Source: Planctopirus limnophila DSM 3776 (lineage in GTDB: Bacteria > Planctomycetota > Planctomycetia > Planctomycetales > Planctomycetaceae). Taken from it: 32,000 nucleotides of DNA. The position numbers and the translations under genes were made by a program. Position 1 is the stretch's first letter; the number at the start of each line of letters is the position of its first letter. Shown in pieces: positions 1 through 9,566 of this stretch. Location: positions 1,620,001 through 1,652,000 of the forward strand of contig NC_014148.1 of the NCBI RefSeq assembly GCF_000092105.1, given 5' to 3'. The notes beneath the pieces are model-generated. The model was not told the origin of the DNA. It saw only the letters and a program-made list of their open reading frames with translations, and made no database searches.

Positions 1-2889
1 AATACCGAAGATGCCGCTGTTCAGGATGTCCTGCTCTGTGTGAATACGAAGTCGGAACGCAGTGACCCGAAGCGGATGAAAATGGAGGGTAACCAGCTCT
101 TCGTTCGCACACCCGAGGAGATGTACGCGGCATTTGAGGGTTTCGAAGATGCCGTCGCGAGGTCACAGGAAATTGCTGATCGGGTCGATATTGATCTCGA
201 CCTGAAGACCAGGCACTTTCCTGTCTTTACCACGCCTGAAAACAAACGGGATATCGATTATCTGCGAGAACTGTGCGAAGAAGGTCTCAAATGGCGTTAT
301 GGCGAAGAGAATATCCGCCAGGAGCATCGCGATCGACTCGCTTTCGAGCTGAGTGTGATCGAGAAAATGGGCTATCCCAGCTACTTCCTGATTGTGTGGG
401 ACTTTGTTCGATTTGCTATCGAGAAAGGGATTCCCGCCAGTGCGAGAGGTTCGGCGTGCGGTGCTCTCGTCGCCTATGTGCTAGGGCTGAGTCATGTCTG
501 CCCCATCAAGTACGATCTCCTCTTTGAACGCTTTCTTGATCCCAGTCGTACCGAGCCACCGGATATCGATATCGACTTCTGCCGGGATCGAAGGCAGGAC
601 GTGATTGACTACACCAAGGCCAAATACGGCGAAGCGAATGTTTCACAGATTGGCACCTTTGGAACATTGAAGGCCAAGGCCGCCATTCGCGATGTCGGCC
701 GCGTGTTGGCAGTCCCACTGAAGCGTGTGGATGAGATTGCCAAGCTCGTCCCCGAAGAACTGGGTATTGAGTTAAAAGAGGCGCTAGAGAAAAGCAGTGA
801 TCTGAAAGCGGCCTACGATACAGACCCGCAGATTCGCGAGCTGTTTGATTACGCCATTCAACTCGAAGGCCTGGCCCGCAGTGCTGGCACTCATGCCGCA
901 GGTGTGGTGGTTTCTGATCGTCCGATTTCCGACTACGTGCCACTGCAGACCATCAGTGGCAAGACAGACCTTGTCACGCAATGGGAAGGGCCCACAGTCG
1001 AGAAGGCCGGTCTTCTCAAAATGGACTTTCTCGGCCTGCGAAATCTCACAATTCTTGATAAGGCCGTCAAGAACGTTGCTCTTCATCGGGGAGTAACCAT
1101 CGACCCAGTGAAGTTGCCACTCGATGACAAGGAGACTTACGCGCTTCTGCAGCGTGGTGAAACCAAGGGGATCTTTCAGCTCGAATCGGGCGGCATGCGC
1201 GACCTGCTGACCAAGATGAAGCCTGATAGTTTTAACGACATCATTGCAACATCGGCGCTTTATCGCCCTGGGCCACTGGAAGGTGGCATGGTGATGACTT
1301 ATGTCGAAGTGAAGCATAAACGGGCACCGTTGCCGCGTGTTCATCCCATCATGGATACCATCCTGGATGAAACGTACGGCGTGATGGTTTACCAGGAACA
1401 GGTGATGCGAATTTTGAACCGGCTGGGTGGCATCGAATTGCCTCAGTCGTATCAGTGCATCAAAGCCATCAGTAAGAAAAAACTCGAGACAATTGCCAAG
1501 TATAAAGCTCAATTTGTGGAGGGATCGCAGAAGAACGGCTTGCCGGAGGCGAAAGCCACCGAACTGTTCGAAATGATCGAGAAGTTTGCCGGCTATGGCT
1601 TCAACAAATCTCACAGCACGGCCTATGCCGCAGTAGCCTACCAGACCGCTTTTTTGAAAGCGCATTATCCCGCAGAGTTCATGGCAGCGCTTCTTTCGTG
1701 CGAAATGGAAGACACCGACCGGATTAACGAGCATATTGATGATTGCCGGCGGATGAACATTGAGATTGTGCCGCCCGACATCAATCACTGCGATGTGGAA
1801 TTCACGGTTCGCGGGCCACGTCAGGTGGCCTTTGGATTAGGAGCCATCAAAGGTGTTGGTGAGGCGACCACGCAGGCAATTGTCGAAGCTCGACAGTTGA
1901 AAGGCCCTTTCACCAGCATTTTTGATCTGTGTGAACGTGTCGATGCCAAGAGCCTGTCGAAGGGTTCATTGGAAATTCTCGTAAAGGCTGGGGCACTTGA
2001 TAGTATTTCGCCGAAACGCGCTTCCCAGTTCGCGTGTATTGAGCGGGCTGTGCAGGCGGCACAGTCGCTACAGAAAGACAAAGCCCGGGGGCAGAAGAAT
2101 CTGTTTGGCGGTGATGAAGCGGATTCTCAGCCCGGTGAAAGCACTTCGTCGGCGACACTTCCCGATGTGCCTGAATGGTCACATCGAGAAAAACTGGCTT
2201 ATGAGCGAGAAGTTTTGGGATTTTACCTGACATCTCATCCGCTCACCGAGCAGGCCGAAACGATCGGTCGATACACGTCTTATCAGGCGATGCAACTGGC
2301 CGAACTTGAGGATGGTGTCGAGGTGATGCTGGGAGGGATGGTTTCCTCTATTAAGAAGGCCACCACAAAGAAGCCCAGCCGTAATGGGCACAGCCGGTAT
2401 GTGAACTTCGATCTGGAAGATCCGACAGGTGTGGTGCGGTGCATTATGTGGCCTGAGCAGTATGCGGTGGCGGGCGAAAAAGTCGTTGCGGATGAGATTC
2501 GCTTCGTTAAGGGAAAGGTCGATAAGCGGAGCCGTGAGCCGAACGTGGTGATTGACCAGATCTGGACGATGGCCGAAGTGGAGCGGGATTTTACCAAAGC
2601 ACTGGCGATCAAGTTCCAGCGGGGGATTCACGATGCGGCTGTGATTCAGCGAGTCAAAGATCTCCTGGGCAAATATCCTGGCAAATCCGAAGTGATCATT
2701 GTGGTGGATACCATCGATGAGGCGGATCCTGATCAGCGGTTGAGATACACGGCCCTTAAGCCCTTACCAATCAAGGTTTCGTGCAATCAGGATTTACGCG
2801 AAGGGCTGAATGATGCACTGGGCGCAGGAAGTGTCTCTCTGGTAGCCGAACGCCGAGGGATGTCGCGTTCGGGAAGTATTGGAAGGTAG
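1..2889 (+). CDS. dnaE: DNA polymerase III alpha subunit, 5'-truncated by the window edge (C-terminal ~960 aa)
   Basis: Frame 1 is open from nt 1 (NTEDAAVQDVLLCVNTK...), so the Met at 40 is internal. The translation carries Pol III alpha signatures: GYPSYFLIVWDF, ARGSACGALVAYVLG, PPDIDIDF, GTHAAGVVV, LLKMDFLGLRNLT, LYRPGP, GFNKSHSTAYA. A C-terminal OB-fold-like region follows. Stop TAG at 2887-2889. Confidence 0.95.
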   Translation, partial: NTEDAAVQDVLLCVNTKSERSDPKRMKMEGNQLFVRTPEEMYAAFEGFEDAVARSQEIADRVDIDLDLKTRHFPVFTTPENKRDIDYLRELCEEGLKWRYGEENIRQEHRDRLAFELSVIEKMGYPSYFLIVWDFVRFAIEKGIPASARGSACGALVAYVLGLSHVCPIKYDLLFERFLDPSRTEPPDIDIDFCRDRRQDVIDYTKAKYGEANVSQIGTFGTLKAKAAIRDVGRVLAVPLKRVDEIAKLVPEELGIELKEALEKSSDLKAAYDTDPQIRELFDYAIQLEGLARSAGTHAAGVVVSDRPISDYVPLQTISGKTDLVTQWEGPTVEKAGLLKMDFLGLRNLTILDKAVKNVALHRGVTIDPVKLPLDDKETYALLQRGETKGIFQLESGGMRDLLTKMKPDSFNDIIATSALYRPGPLEGGMVMTYVEVKHKRAPLPRVHPIMDTILDETYGVMVYQEQVMRILNRLGGIELPQSYQCIKAISKKKLETIAKYKAQFVEGSQKNGLPEAKATELFEMIEKFAGYGFNKSHSTAYAAVAYQTAFLKAHYPAEFMAALLSCEMEDTDRINEHIDDCRRMNIEIVPPDINHCDVEFTVRGPRQVAFGLGAIKGVGEATTQAIVEARQLKGPFTSIFDLCERVDAKSLSKGSLEILVKAGALDSISPKRASQFACIERAVQAAQSLQKDKARGQKNLFGGDEADSQPGESTSSATLPDVPEWSHREKLAYEREVLGFYLTSHPLTEQAETIGRYTSYQAMQLAELEDGVEVMLGGMVSSIKKATTKKPSRNGHSRYVNFDLEDPTGVVRCIMWPEQYAVAGEKVVADEIRFVKGKVDKRSREPNVVIDQIWTMAEVERDFTKALAIKFQRGIHDAAVIQRVKDLLGKYPGKSEVIIVVDTIDEADPDQRLRYTALKPLPIKVSCNQDLREGLNDALGAGSVSLVAERRGMSRSGSIGR

Positions 2890-2945
2890 AGATGACGGGA
2901 ACTATCGTGGTGACTTCTGAAGCGAACCGCTGAGCGTCTGAGACA

Positions 2946-4136
2946 TTAGATGCACCGTCGGCTGGCGATCACACGCTCGAACAATGTCTCAATGCGGGGG
3001 ATCCCTGCTTCGTATGAGAATCTGCTGCTGACGTAGGCTCGCTGTGATACTGCTTCCATTTCTGGCGATCGAGCAAGTGAGGCCGCTTTCTGAACGGCAT
3101 CTGCGATATCGAGGGGGCTTTCGACAGGTATGAGAGTGCCGTATTGCCCATCTTCGAGAATTTCCCGCGGGCCACTAGGGCAATCGGTCGCCACAACTGG
3201 AATTCCACAGGCAAGTGCTTCGATGAGCACGCACCCAAAACCTTCGTACCGCGAGGGGAGCACAAACAGGTTTGCTGCTCGGTAAAACGGGTAGGGGTTC
3301 GATTGATAACCATGCCACTTGGTGTACTGTTCGAGACCAAGGCTAACAGCGAGTTGATGCAATTCATTTTTCAGTGGGCCATCGCCCACAAAATGCCAAC
3401 GTAAGTTTTTCAAACCTCGTTGATTCACGAGAATGTCGATAGCGGCCAACGCGATGTCGATGCCTTTTTGTTCGACAAGGCGTCCGACAGTCACGACATG
3501 GAAATGATCGACTTCAAAATCTGGCCCGGGGGCAAGCGATAATTCGAGAGCCTTCTCGACGTCGATCATGTTAAAGATGACTTCAATCTTCTCGGGAGGA
3601 ACCGCGAGATCAGCGATTAAGCCACGTTTAACTCCGTCAGAGACAGCGATGACAGCATCGGCAGATGCATAGGCCTGGCTTGCTTTCTGCAACTCGTCAG
3701 CCGGATGACCGCCTGAGTAGAAGTGAACTTCACTCTGAGGATCAATCACTGCTACCGAAACGCGGGGAACTTTTGTTTTGAAAGAGGCTTGTGCTGCATC
3801 AAGTGTCGCCAGATAGCAATGATCGTAAACGAGATCAATTTTCCTGCGATGAATTGTTTGAGCCAAGTGGCCGATTCTTGATTGCTCTGTTCTTCCCCAG
3901 AGATGATCCCACTTCGAGCGAATCGTGCCTGCATACCCATCCCAGAACGAGTGGATCGGAATATCAGTCGGGAGCTTTTCCAGGAGTTCTCCTTCACGGT
4001 GGGAGAGATAGAGTTCGAGTTCAAATCGATTTCGGTTCAGTCGATGCAGGATCTCGAAAAGTTGCTTCTCTGCTCCTCCTCCATGCATGGAGCCGATCAC
4101 ACACAGAACACGAATCCGAGATTGTTCGCTGCTCAT
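2946..4136 (-). CDS. Glycosyltransferase family 4 (GT-B fold, WabH/PglJ-like)
   Basis: 396-aa ORF with ATG at 4136. It has the E-x7-E donor-site signature PSRYEGFGCVLIEALACGIPVV and an N-terminal GSMHGGGAEKQ loop. Its start overlaps the stop of the upstream FkbM-like gene in an ATGA arrangement (plus-strand tcat, 4133-4136). Confidence 0.9.
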   Translation of the reverse strand: MSSEQSRIRVLCVIGSMHGGGAEKQLFEILHRLNRNRFELELYLSHREGELLEKLPTDIPIHSFWDGYAGTIRSKWDHLWGRTEQSRIGHLAQTIHRRKIDLVYDHCYLATLDAAQASFKTKVPRVSVAVIDPQSEVHFYSGGHPADELQKASQAYASADAVIAVSDGVKRGLIADLAVPPEKIEVIFNMIDVEKALELSLAPGPDFEVDHFHVVTVGRLVEQKGIDIALAAIDILVNQRGLKNLRWHFVGDGPLKNELHQLAVSLGLEQYTKWHGYQSNPYPFYRAANLFVLPSRYEGFGCVLIEALACGIPVVATDCPSGPREILEDGQYGTLIPVESPLDIADAVQKAASLARSPEMEAVSQRAYVSSRFSYEAGIPRIETLFERVIASRRCI

Positions 4137-4900
4137 ACCCGGAGATTCCCAGGGGGCGATGAAGTTTCAAGAATTGATCGCTGAAATGCGATGGCATCCG
4201 ACTCGACGGGGATCACTTCATAACCACCAGCATGCAGATGGTCGATGACCTGATGGTAGATATTGTCCGGCATGCCCTGGCTGTTTCGACTGTGTTCAAA
4301 ACGAATCACGGTGGGACGAAAAGAGGAGAAGTCGATGGAGAGGATGATTTCGGCATCATAGCCTTCTGTGTCAATCTGCAAGAGTTCCACCGAGGAGAAA
4401 CCCGTTTTCTCGACGAGTTCAGCTAACGATTGACACGGAACAGGAACCTCTTCGATAGCAGAGTCGGGAATACCCAGTCGGTGCAGATGTGAACGATCGA
4501 AAGATGAGATCCCGATCGCCCATTCGGGGAGTGTTCCTAAACTGCTGCTGCGGACACGGTGCAGGGGCATGGTTGTGGCAGAATTATGGATCGCGCAGTT
4601 GATTGGACGAATTCCCTGGCAAGCTGCATAGGTACGACATAAAGCGGCATAAAGATCGGGCAAAGGTTCAACAACCACCCCCTCAATTGTGGATGAATTG
4701 GCCTTGATGAAATCATGAATCGGGTCAAATCGCATTCCGTCGCAGGCGCCAATCTGAATGAAACGAAAAAGCTTGGAACGGTGCATTCTATGCCACAACA
4801 AAGCTTCAAAATCGAAGAACTGATCGTTATCGGTACGCCGGATTTTCAGGCCACACCACTCAAGTAAACGTTTGATAATGATTCGTGCTTTAGCAGGCAT
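4133..4900 (-). CDS. FkbM-family SAM-dependent methyltransferase
   Basis: 255-aa ORF with ATG at 4900. It has the glycine-rich loop FIQIGACDGMRFDPI, and its length and layout are typical of Methyltransf_21/FkbM proteins. It appears translationally coupled (ATGA) to the downstream GT4 gene. Confidence 0.8.
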   Translation of the reverse strand: MPAKARIIIKRLLEWCGLKIRRTDNDQFFDFEALLWHRMHRSKLFRFIQIGACDGMRFDPIHDFIKANSSTIEGVVVEPLPDLYAALCRTYAACQGIRPINCAIHNSATTMPLHRVRSSSLGTLPEWAIGISSFDRSHLHRLGIPDSAIEEVPVPCQSLAELVEKTGFSSVELLQIDTEGYDAEIILSIDFSSFRPTVIRFEHSRNSQGMPDNIYHQVIDHLHAGGYEVIPVESDAIAFQRSILETSSPPGNLRV

Positions 4901-5158
4901 GACGACAGCTTAGGATGAGGAGAATTGAATTTGAGCAAACAGCAACTCTTCTCAATATGGAAGGTCACGGGGCAGTTGACGGCAAGCGTTCATTACTAAT
5001 AAGGGAATTTTAATGAAATTGCATGCCGCGGAGCCAAAATCGAATGAGCCCAAGTGTACATGAAAAGGTCTCATTTTTACGCCATATGCTCACGAGAGGT
5101 TCAACGCGGAAGCGAGTTGATGGTACATTTCGGCCTGAGGCAAAGAACAGGACGTTCA

Positions 5159-5824
5159 TCAGGAATTGGCCCCAGGCGATGATTTGGGTTTCCACTGATT
5201 GGCACGCTCATTACGCGCTGCTTGACTCGCTGTTTCGACAATCCTCGCATGACGAGTCTGTGGCCTTTTGGCATTGAGAATCCATTCGAGAATGCCGCGT
5301 CTGGCCGAAGGAGGGAAAGCTGCAAAGTTCGCCGACGAACCAGGCCAGCGGGCGAATTCCTCGGCAAGATCATCCGGCACTTCGAGTTCATCGACTGTCG
5401 TCAGCTTATCCCAACTGCCATCCTCTTTGGCCGCTTGAATTCTGGCCATGCCTGCTGGAGCTAGAAGTCCCTGTTGTTCGAGACGGTGGATACGTTCTTT
5501 GTTGACTTTCGACCAACCGCTTTTGGGCTTTCGGGGAGAGACATAAAGCATTGTGCGGGTTTCGTCGAGTTTTCGTGGAAGGCTGTCGATCCACCCGAAG
5601 CAAAGCGCTTCCTCGACGATGGCATCATAGCCCAGCCATTCGTGATGCCGGCCTTTTTTGTAGGTGATGAGCCAGACGCCTGTCGATGCGAGGTGATGTG
5701 TTTGCAGCCACGCTCGCCACGCATTGCGGTTCTCGCAATGGATCGAGTTTTCGGGTTCGAGCTTGCTTTCCAATGAAGCAAGGGCTGGCTTTGAGGCCTT
5801 CGGTGAGCGGCCAGAAAATGCCAT
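5159..5824 (-). CDS. YdeI/OmpD-associated family protein
   Basis: 221-aa ORF with an ATG start. Motifs WRAWLQTHH..GVWLITYKK..EEALCFGWIDS..SGWSKVNK..FPPSARRGILEWILNAKRPQTRHARI match my recollection of the YdeI (bacteriocin-protection) family. Confidence 0.8.
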   Translation of the reverse strand: MAFSGRSPKASKPALASLESKLEPENSIHCENRNAWRAWLQTHHLASTGVWLITYKKGRHHEWLGYDAIVEEALCFGWIDSLPRKLDETRTMLYVSPRKPKSGWSKVNKERIHRLEQQGLLAPAGMARIQAAKEDGSWDKLTTVDELEVPDDLAEEFARWPGSSANFAAFPPSARRGILEWILNAKRPQTRHARIVETASQAARNERANQWKPKSSPGANS

Positions 5825-5856
5825 GATCGATGATCTCCGCGATGTGCTGATTCATT

Positions 5857-6159
5857 TTAACGTCGGAAGAAGTTGATCATCCAGTTGATCAATCGATTCA
5901 GCAGGCTGATGATGTTTGGTGAATACAAGCCCCAAATCAGACCAGCCAATGGCCCGAGGACAAGACCCGAGAGAAGATAAGCGGGAGCACTCCAGAGATA
6001 AATCATCGAGGCAGCAATTGTTGCTTCTCCACCACGTGGCCAGAAGAGTTGCGTGGGGATCGCCAGTACAAGCCATGCGATGACAGGACCAATGATCAGG
6101 CCCAGGAATCCGAAGATCATTCCACGAAACCAGTCAGGTTCGTTCACGGATTGACTCAC
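5857..6159 (-). CDS. Small hypothetical membrane protein (about 3 TM helices)
   Basis: 100-codon ORF with hydrophobic helices IFGFLGLIIGPVIAWLVLAI, IAASMIYLWSAPAYLLSGLVLG and PLAGLIWGLY. Only GTG starts are available (6159 or 6147), so the start is uncertain. No family recognised. It lies between nadB and the ydeI-like gene on the same strand. Confidence 0.5.
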   Translation of the reverse strand: MSQSVNEPDWFRGMIFGFLGLIIGPVIAWLVLAIPTQLFWPRGGEATIAASMIYLWSAPAYLLSGLVLGPLAGLIWGLYSPNIISLLNRLINWMINFFRR

Positions 6160-6235
6160 TCCATTTGAGCAGTTTCAGGCAGGGTGAGGAAACATGTTAC
6201 CCTCTTTGATCTCAACAACTCGGCAGAATCACAGA

Positions 6236-7873
6236 TTAGCTGGCTCGCACCACTTCAATATGGTCTGCCTGTTCAGGATCAGTGAGCGGAAAGTCGCTGC
6301 GGCTGTGTGTGCCGCGGGTTTCTTCGCGCTTCATGGCGGCATGAATCACCGTCCGGGCGACGAGGAGCATGTTCTGCAGTTCCCAACCGGCAACCGTCGA
6401 GAATTCCCTGCGGCCCACGTACCGATCCCAGAAATCGACCTGATGCAAAGCCGCCAGCAGATCGGCTGCATTTCGCTCGATCCCCACGTTACGCCACATT
6501 TCACTGGTGAGTGAATTCAGCAGGTCGTCGACGCGGAGAGGTTCTTCGATGTTTTCCGCCGGCGAACGAGGCGACGAATCAATCGTATGGGCCGTAAAGA
6601 CATCCGACTCAGACAGGGCAGCATTCGAGGCATTGCGCCCAGCCCGGAGACCGAAGACCAGTCCTTCCAATAAGCTGTTACTCGCTAATCGATTGGCTCC
6701 ATGGAGACCCGTGCTGGAAACCTCGCCGGCAGCGAATAACCGGGGCAGAGATGTTCGTGCCTCGAGGTCGGTTTTCAGACCGCCAATCATATAGTGGGCA
6801 CCGGGACGAACAGGAATCTGATCTTTGGCCAGATCGAGGCCGAAATCGGAGCAGACCTGGCTGATGTGCGGGAACCGTTCGCGAACAAGCTGCACGGGCA
6901 GGTGACTCAAGTCGAGGTAGACGCAATGGTGCCGCGTTTTTTCCATCTGTCGGGTAATGGCCCGGCTGACATCATCGCGTGGTGCCAGTTCGAGCAGCGG
7001 GTTGTAATCGGCCATGAAGCGATATCCATGACAATCCCGCAGGTAAGCTCCCTCACCTCGAACCGCTTCGGAGACGAGATGGCGCGAGCCACCCGCGATG
7101 TAAAGAACCGTGGGGTGGAACTGCATGAATTCCATATCCCGAAGAACAGCACCGGCACGGAAGGCCATGGCCTGTCCATCCGCCGTGGCAATATCCGGAT
7201 TGGTCGTTTCGCGGAAAAGTCTGCCCGCACCACCCGTCGCGAGAATTGTCTGTTTGGCCCAGACGAAGGTTTTGCCGTGATTTGGGTTCCAAACGAGGGC
7301 ACCGCGGCATTCGCGATCTCTGGTGAGCAGGTCAATCGTAAAGGTTTTTTCCCAGATATCGACGTTGGGTAAAGCACGAACTCGATCAATAAGTGCCCGC
7401 ATCACTTCTTTCCCGGTCGCATCTCCTAAGGCATGGACGACGCGCCTGTGGCTATGGCCACCTTCCTGAGTCAGGGCAATCCCACCACCGGCCACTTCAT
7501 CGAACCTGGCACCCATGCCGACAAGCTCGAGGATTCGCTCAGAGGCTTCCTGGACAACTGTATCGACAACGACGGAATCGCAAAGTCCCTTGCCAGCCGT
7601 CATGGTATCTGCCGCATGATTCGCGATGTCGTCGTAGGGATCGAACACACCGGCAATGCCACCTTGCGCCCAGGCACTATTCGAGTTGTAGACCTGGTCT
7701 TTGGTCGCCACAACGACTTGTAATGAGGGATCGATGGCCAAGGCCGCCCGCATGCCGGCAATGCCTGCGCCAATGATCAGTACATCGGTGAAAAGGTGAG
7801 GAATTCGTTTGGGATCGAACTCCACCAGGTACCGCCGCTTGGTTTCGAGTTCGATGGGGCCGATGTTGCTCAT
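6236..7873 (-). CDS. nadB: L-aspartate oxidase
   Basis: 545-aa ORF with ATG at 7873. It has the FAD dinucleotide fold VLIIGAGIAGMRAA, followed by FHPT, SEAVRGEGAYL, ELAPRDDVSRAI and GLHGANRLASNSLLEGLVFG. This combination is characteristic of NadB rather than SdhA/FrdA. Confidence 0.9.
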   Translation of the reverse strand: MSNIGPIELETKRRYLVEFDPKRIPHLFTDVLIIGAGIAGMRAALAIDPSLQVVVATKDQVYNSNSAWAQGGIAGVFDPYDDIANHAADTMTAGKGLCDSVVVDTVVQEASERILELVGMGARFDEVAGGGIALTQEGGHSHRRVVHALGDATGKEVMRALIDRVRALPNVDIWEKTFTIDLLTRDRECRGALVWNPNHGKTFVWAKQTILATGGAGRLFRETTNPDIATADGQAMAFRAGAVLRDMEFMQFHPTVLYIAGGSRHLVSEAVRGEGAYLRDCHGYRFMADYNPLLELAPRDDVSRAITRQMEKTRHHCVYLDLSHLPVQLVRERFPHISQVCSDFGLDLAKDQIPVRPGAHYMIGGLKTDLEARTSLPRLFAAGEVSSTGLHGANRLASNSLLEGLVFGLRAGRNASNAALSESDVFTAHTIDSSPRSPAENIEEPLRVDDLLNSLTSEMWRNVGIERNAADLLAALHQVDFWDRYVGRREFSTVAGWELQNMLLVARTVIHAAMKREETRGTHSRSDFPLTDPEQADHIEVVRAS

Positions 7874-8218
7874 GCAGTTCCAGTATGTTCGTTGAGAGCT
7901 TGGTTTCTATGAAGAGATCCCCGCGAGGAACAGGTTCTCGACGACGAGGAATGTTCTCTTAGCCCAAAGAATTGTTTCCAGAATCTTAACGGATTGAGAG
8001 GAGTTGACCGACTCCAGACGAGGGTTTCCGGGAAGATATCTTTGGGGACTTCGAAATAGGCAGGAAGTGATGAATTTGACATAAGTCAACCTTGAAGAAG
8101 CGGCAGATTCAAGAACCACTTGACTTTACGTCATAATGCGAACTACATTTTGAGCGTCCGTGTCATGGACTGACAACCGCTTCACATTAGCCGTTTCCAG
8201 CTTCGGGAGGCCTCGAAC

Positions 8219-8734
8219 GTGACAAAGAAAGAAATTGTCAAAGCGATCTCCGACGAGATTGGGCTGACCCAACTCAAAACGAAAGAGATTGTCCAGAAGA
8301 CGTTCGACGCCATTGTGGAGACTCTGGTGGCGGACGGACGCATTGAACTTCGCAACTTTGGTGTCTTCGAAGTGAAGAAGCGTGCAGCCCGTAAGGCTCG
8401 AAATCCCAGGACGGGCGATAAGGTCTTTGTTCCCGAAAAGTTCGTGGTCACTTTCAAGCCCGGGAAAGAGATGGAAGAAAAGGTGCGGCAGCTGGAAGAA
8501 GCTGCTGCCCGTGAAGCCATGGCTCGCCACGAACAGGAACAGGCTGCTGAACGCGCCGCTGAGCAGGTTGCGGCAATTCCTGCTCCAGTTGCAGCAACTC
8601 CTCCACCGAGCTATGCCGAACCTGCTGCTGCCATCAGCCCAGTTCCAGCCCCGTTGCCTTCAGTCAATGGGCATGAATCGGGTATCAGCGAGACCGCAGT
8701 TCCCGGCACTTCCCAAGACTCAGGGCAGGTCTGA
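8219..8734 (+). CDS. HU/IHF-family DNA-binding protein with a ~80-aa Ala/Pro/Glu-rich C-terminal tail
   Basis: GTG at 8219 is preceded by GGGAGG (8205-8210). Residues 1-90 form a canonical HU/IHF fold ([39 protein letters not shown]). The rest is low-complexity sequence ([36 protein letters not shown]...). Confidence 0.9.
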   Translation: MTKKEIVKAISDEIGLTQLKTKEIVQKTFDAIVETLVADGRIELRNFGVFEVKKRAARKARNPRTGDKVFVPEKFVVTFKPGKEMEEKVRQLEEAAAREAMARHEQEQAAERAAEQVAAIPAPVAATPPPSYAEPAAAISPVPAPLPSVNGHESGISETAVPGTSQDSGQV

Positions 8735-8788
8735 TGCGTAATTAAAGACGCCTGACGTTTCCTGCCTTATCCTGTCATCAGTACAGAG

Positions 8789-8812
8789 AACCGCTCGAGA
8801 GAGCGGTTTTTT
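8789..8812 (+). terminator. Intrinsic terminator of the HU/IHF-like gene
   Basis: Stem aaccgctc (8789-8796) pairs with gagcggtt (8801-8808) around a gaga loop. A T6 run follows, ending at 8812. It lies 55 nt after the stop codon. Confidence 0.7.
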
Positions 8813-9101
8813 CGTTTTCTGATCAAGCCACAGTTGCCAGTGGCGTTCGAGCACTGATGCTTAGGGAGATCGTGTGTCGAAACAGGCTTCCAACAGGCAG
8901 AAACTGCATCAATGTGAAAACGTAAGAGCAAAGAATGCCTAAAGATAAACGTTTTGCGCGAATACGACGACTTTTCCAAAGTTAACGGGGAATTGCGTCG
9001 ATAACTCCCAGCAGAACGAGAGCCATTCAGGGCGGTAAGGAGCTGCCCTGCAGGCTGTCTGATGCACGCGGTGTGTCGGACAATTTCCCAGGGAGGGGAA
9101 C

Positions 9102-9323
9102 ATGCGGACTCGATTGTTTGCCGGACTTTTACTGCTTGCAGCCACCACCTTTCAGGTGGGATGCATAGTTCCTATTTATTCGTCTTCACCAGACGTTCGA
9201 GCCCGCCAGCTGATCTACGTTTCGGAAGGCTATCGCCATATTCCGGAAATCTGGGATCGCGTCTGGGGCCTCGATATGCCTGATCTGGCGACACCGTATC
9301 GCACCCATGGCGGTATATTCTAA
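9102..9323 (+). CDS. Small lipoprotein (73 aa), function unknown
   Basis: ATG at 9102 is preceded by GGGAGGGG. It has a signal peptide with a lipobox (LLLLAATTFQVG|C). No family recognised. Confidence 0.65.
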   Translation: MRTRLFAGLLLLAATTFQVGCIVPIYSSSPDVRARQLIYVSEGYRHIPEIWDRVWGLDMPDLATPYRTHGGIF

Positions 9324-9520
9324 AGTCGCTCTGCTGATGACTGCCGTATGCTGAAGGCTTTTTTGCCCTCGGCTTGCACATGCGACGGCTTTCACATTGA
9401 AGCAGCCTGTGACATCGAATCAGCCACGCGTCATCAATCGTGATGATGTTGATGAATCGCTATTAATCAGCATGGCTCATGGCTTTGCCTTTTCAGGTTT
9501 TGCTGCGTCAAGCTGGCTAT

Positions 9521-9566
9521 GAAAAAATGATATGCCCGTCTCGGAATGGTTCCGTGACGGGCATAT
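9521..9566 (-). terminator. Strong hairpin plus T-tract reading on the minus strand; orphan intrinsic terminator or bidirectional insulator
   Basis: An 11-bp stem (9530-9540 atatgcccgtc with 9556-9566 gacgggcatat) is extended past one T:T mismatch by 5 more pairs (cggaa/ttccg) around a tgg triloop. On the minus strand it is followed by CATTTTTTC (9529-9521). There is no minus-strand CDS upstream. Confidence 0.45.

Noticed and set aside
784-1788. Long antisense ORFs inside confident genes: 784..1788(-) in dnaE, 6794..7372(+) in nadB, 10618..11100(-), 21020..21736(-) in the oxidoreductase gene, 24881..25741(+) in xylA, and others.
   Set aside because: They lie entirely opposite genes with strong family signatures. 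Their translations are Arg/Leu/Ser/His-rich and featureless. They are typical shadow ORFs.
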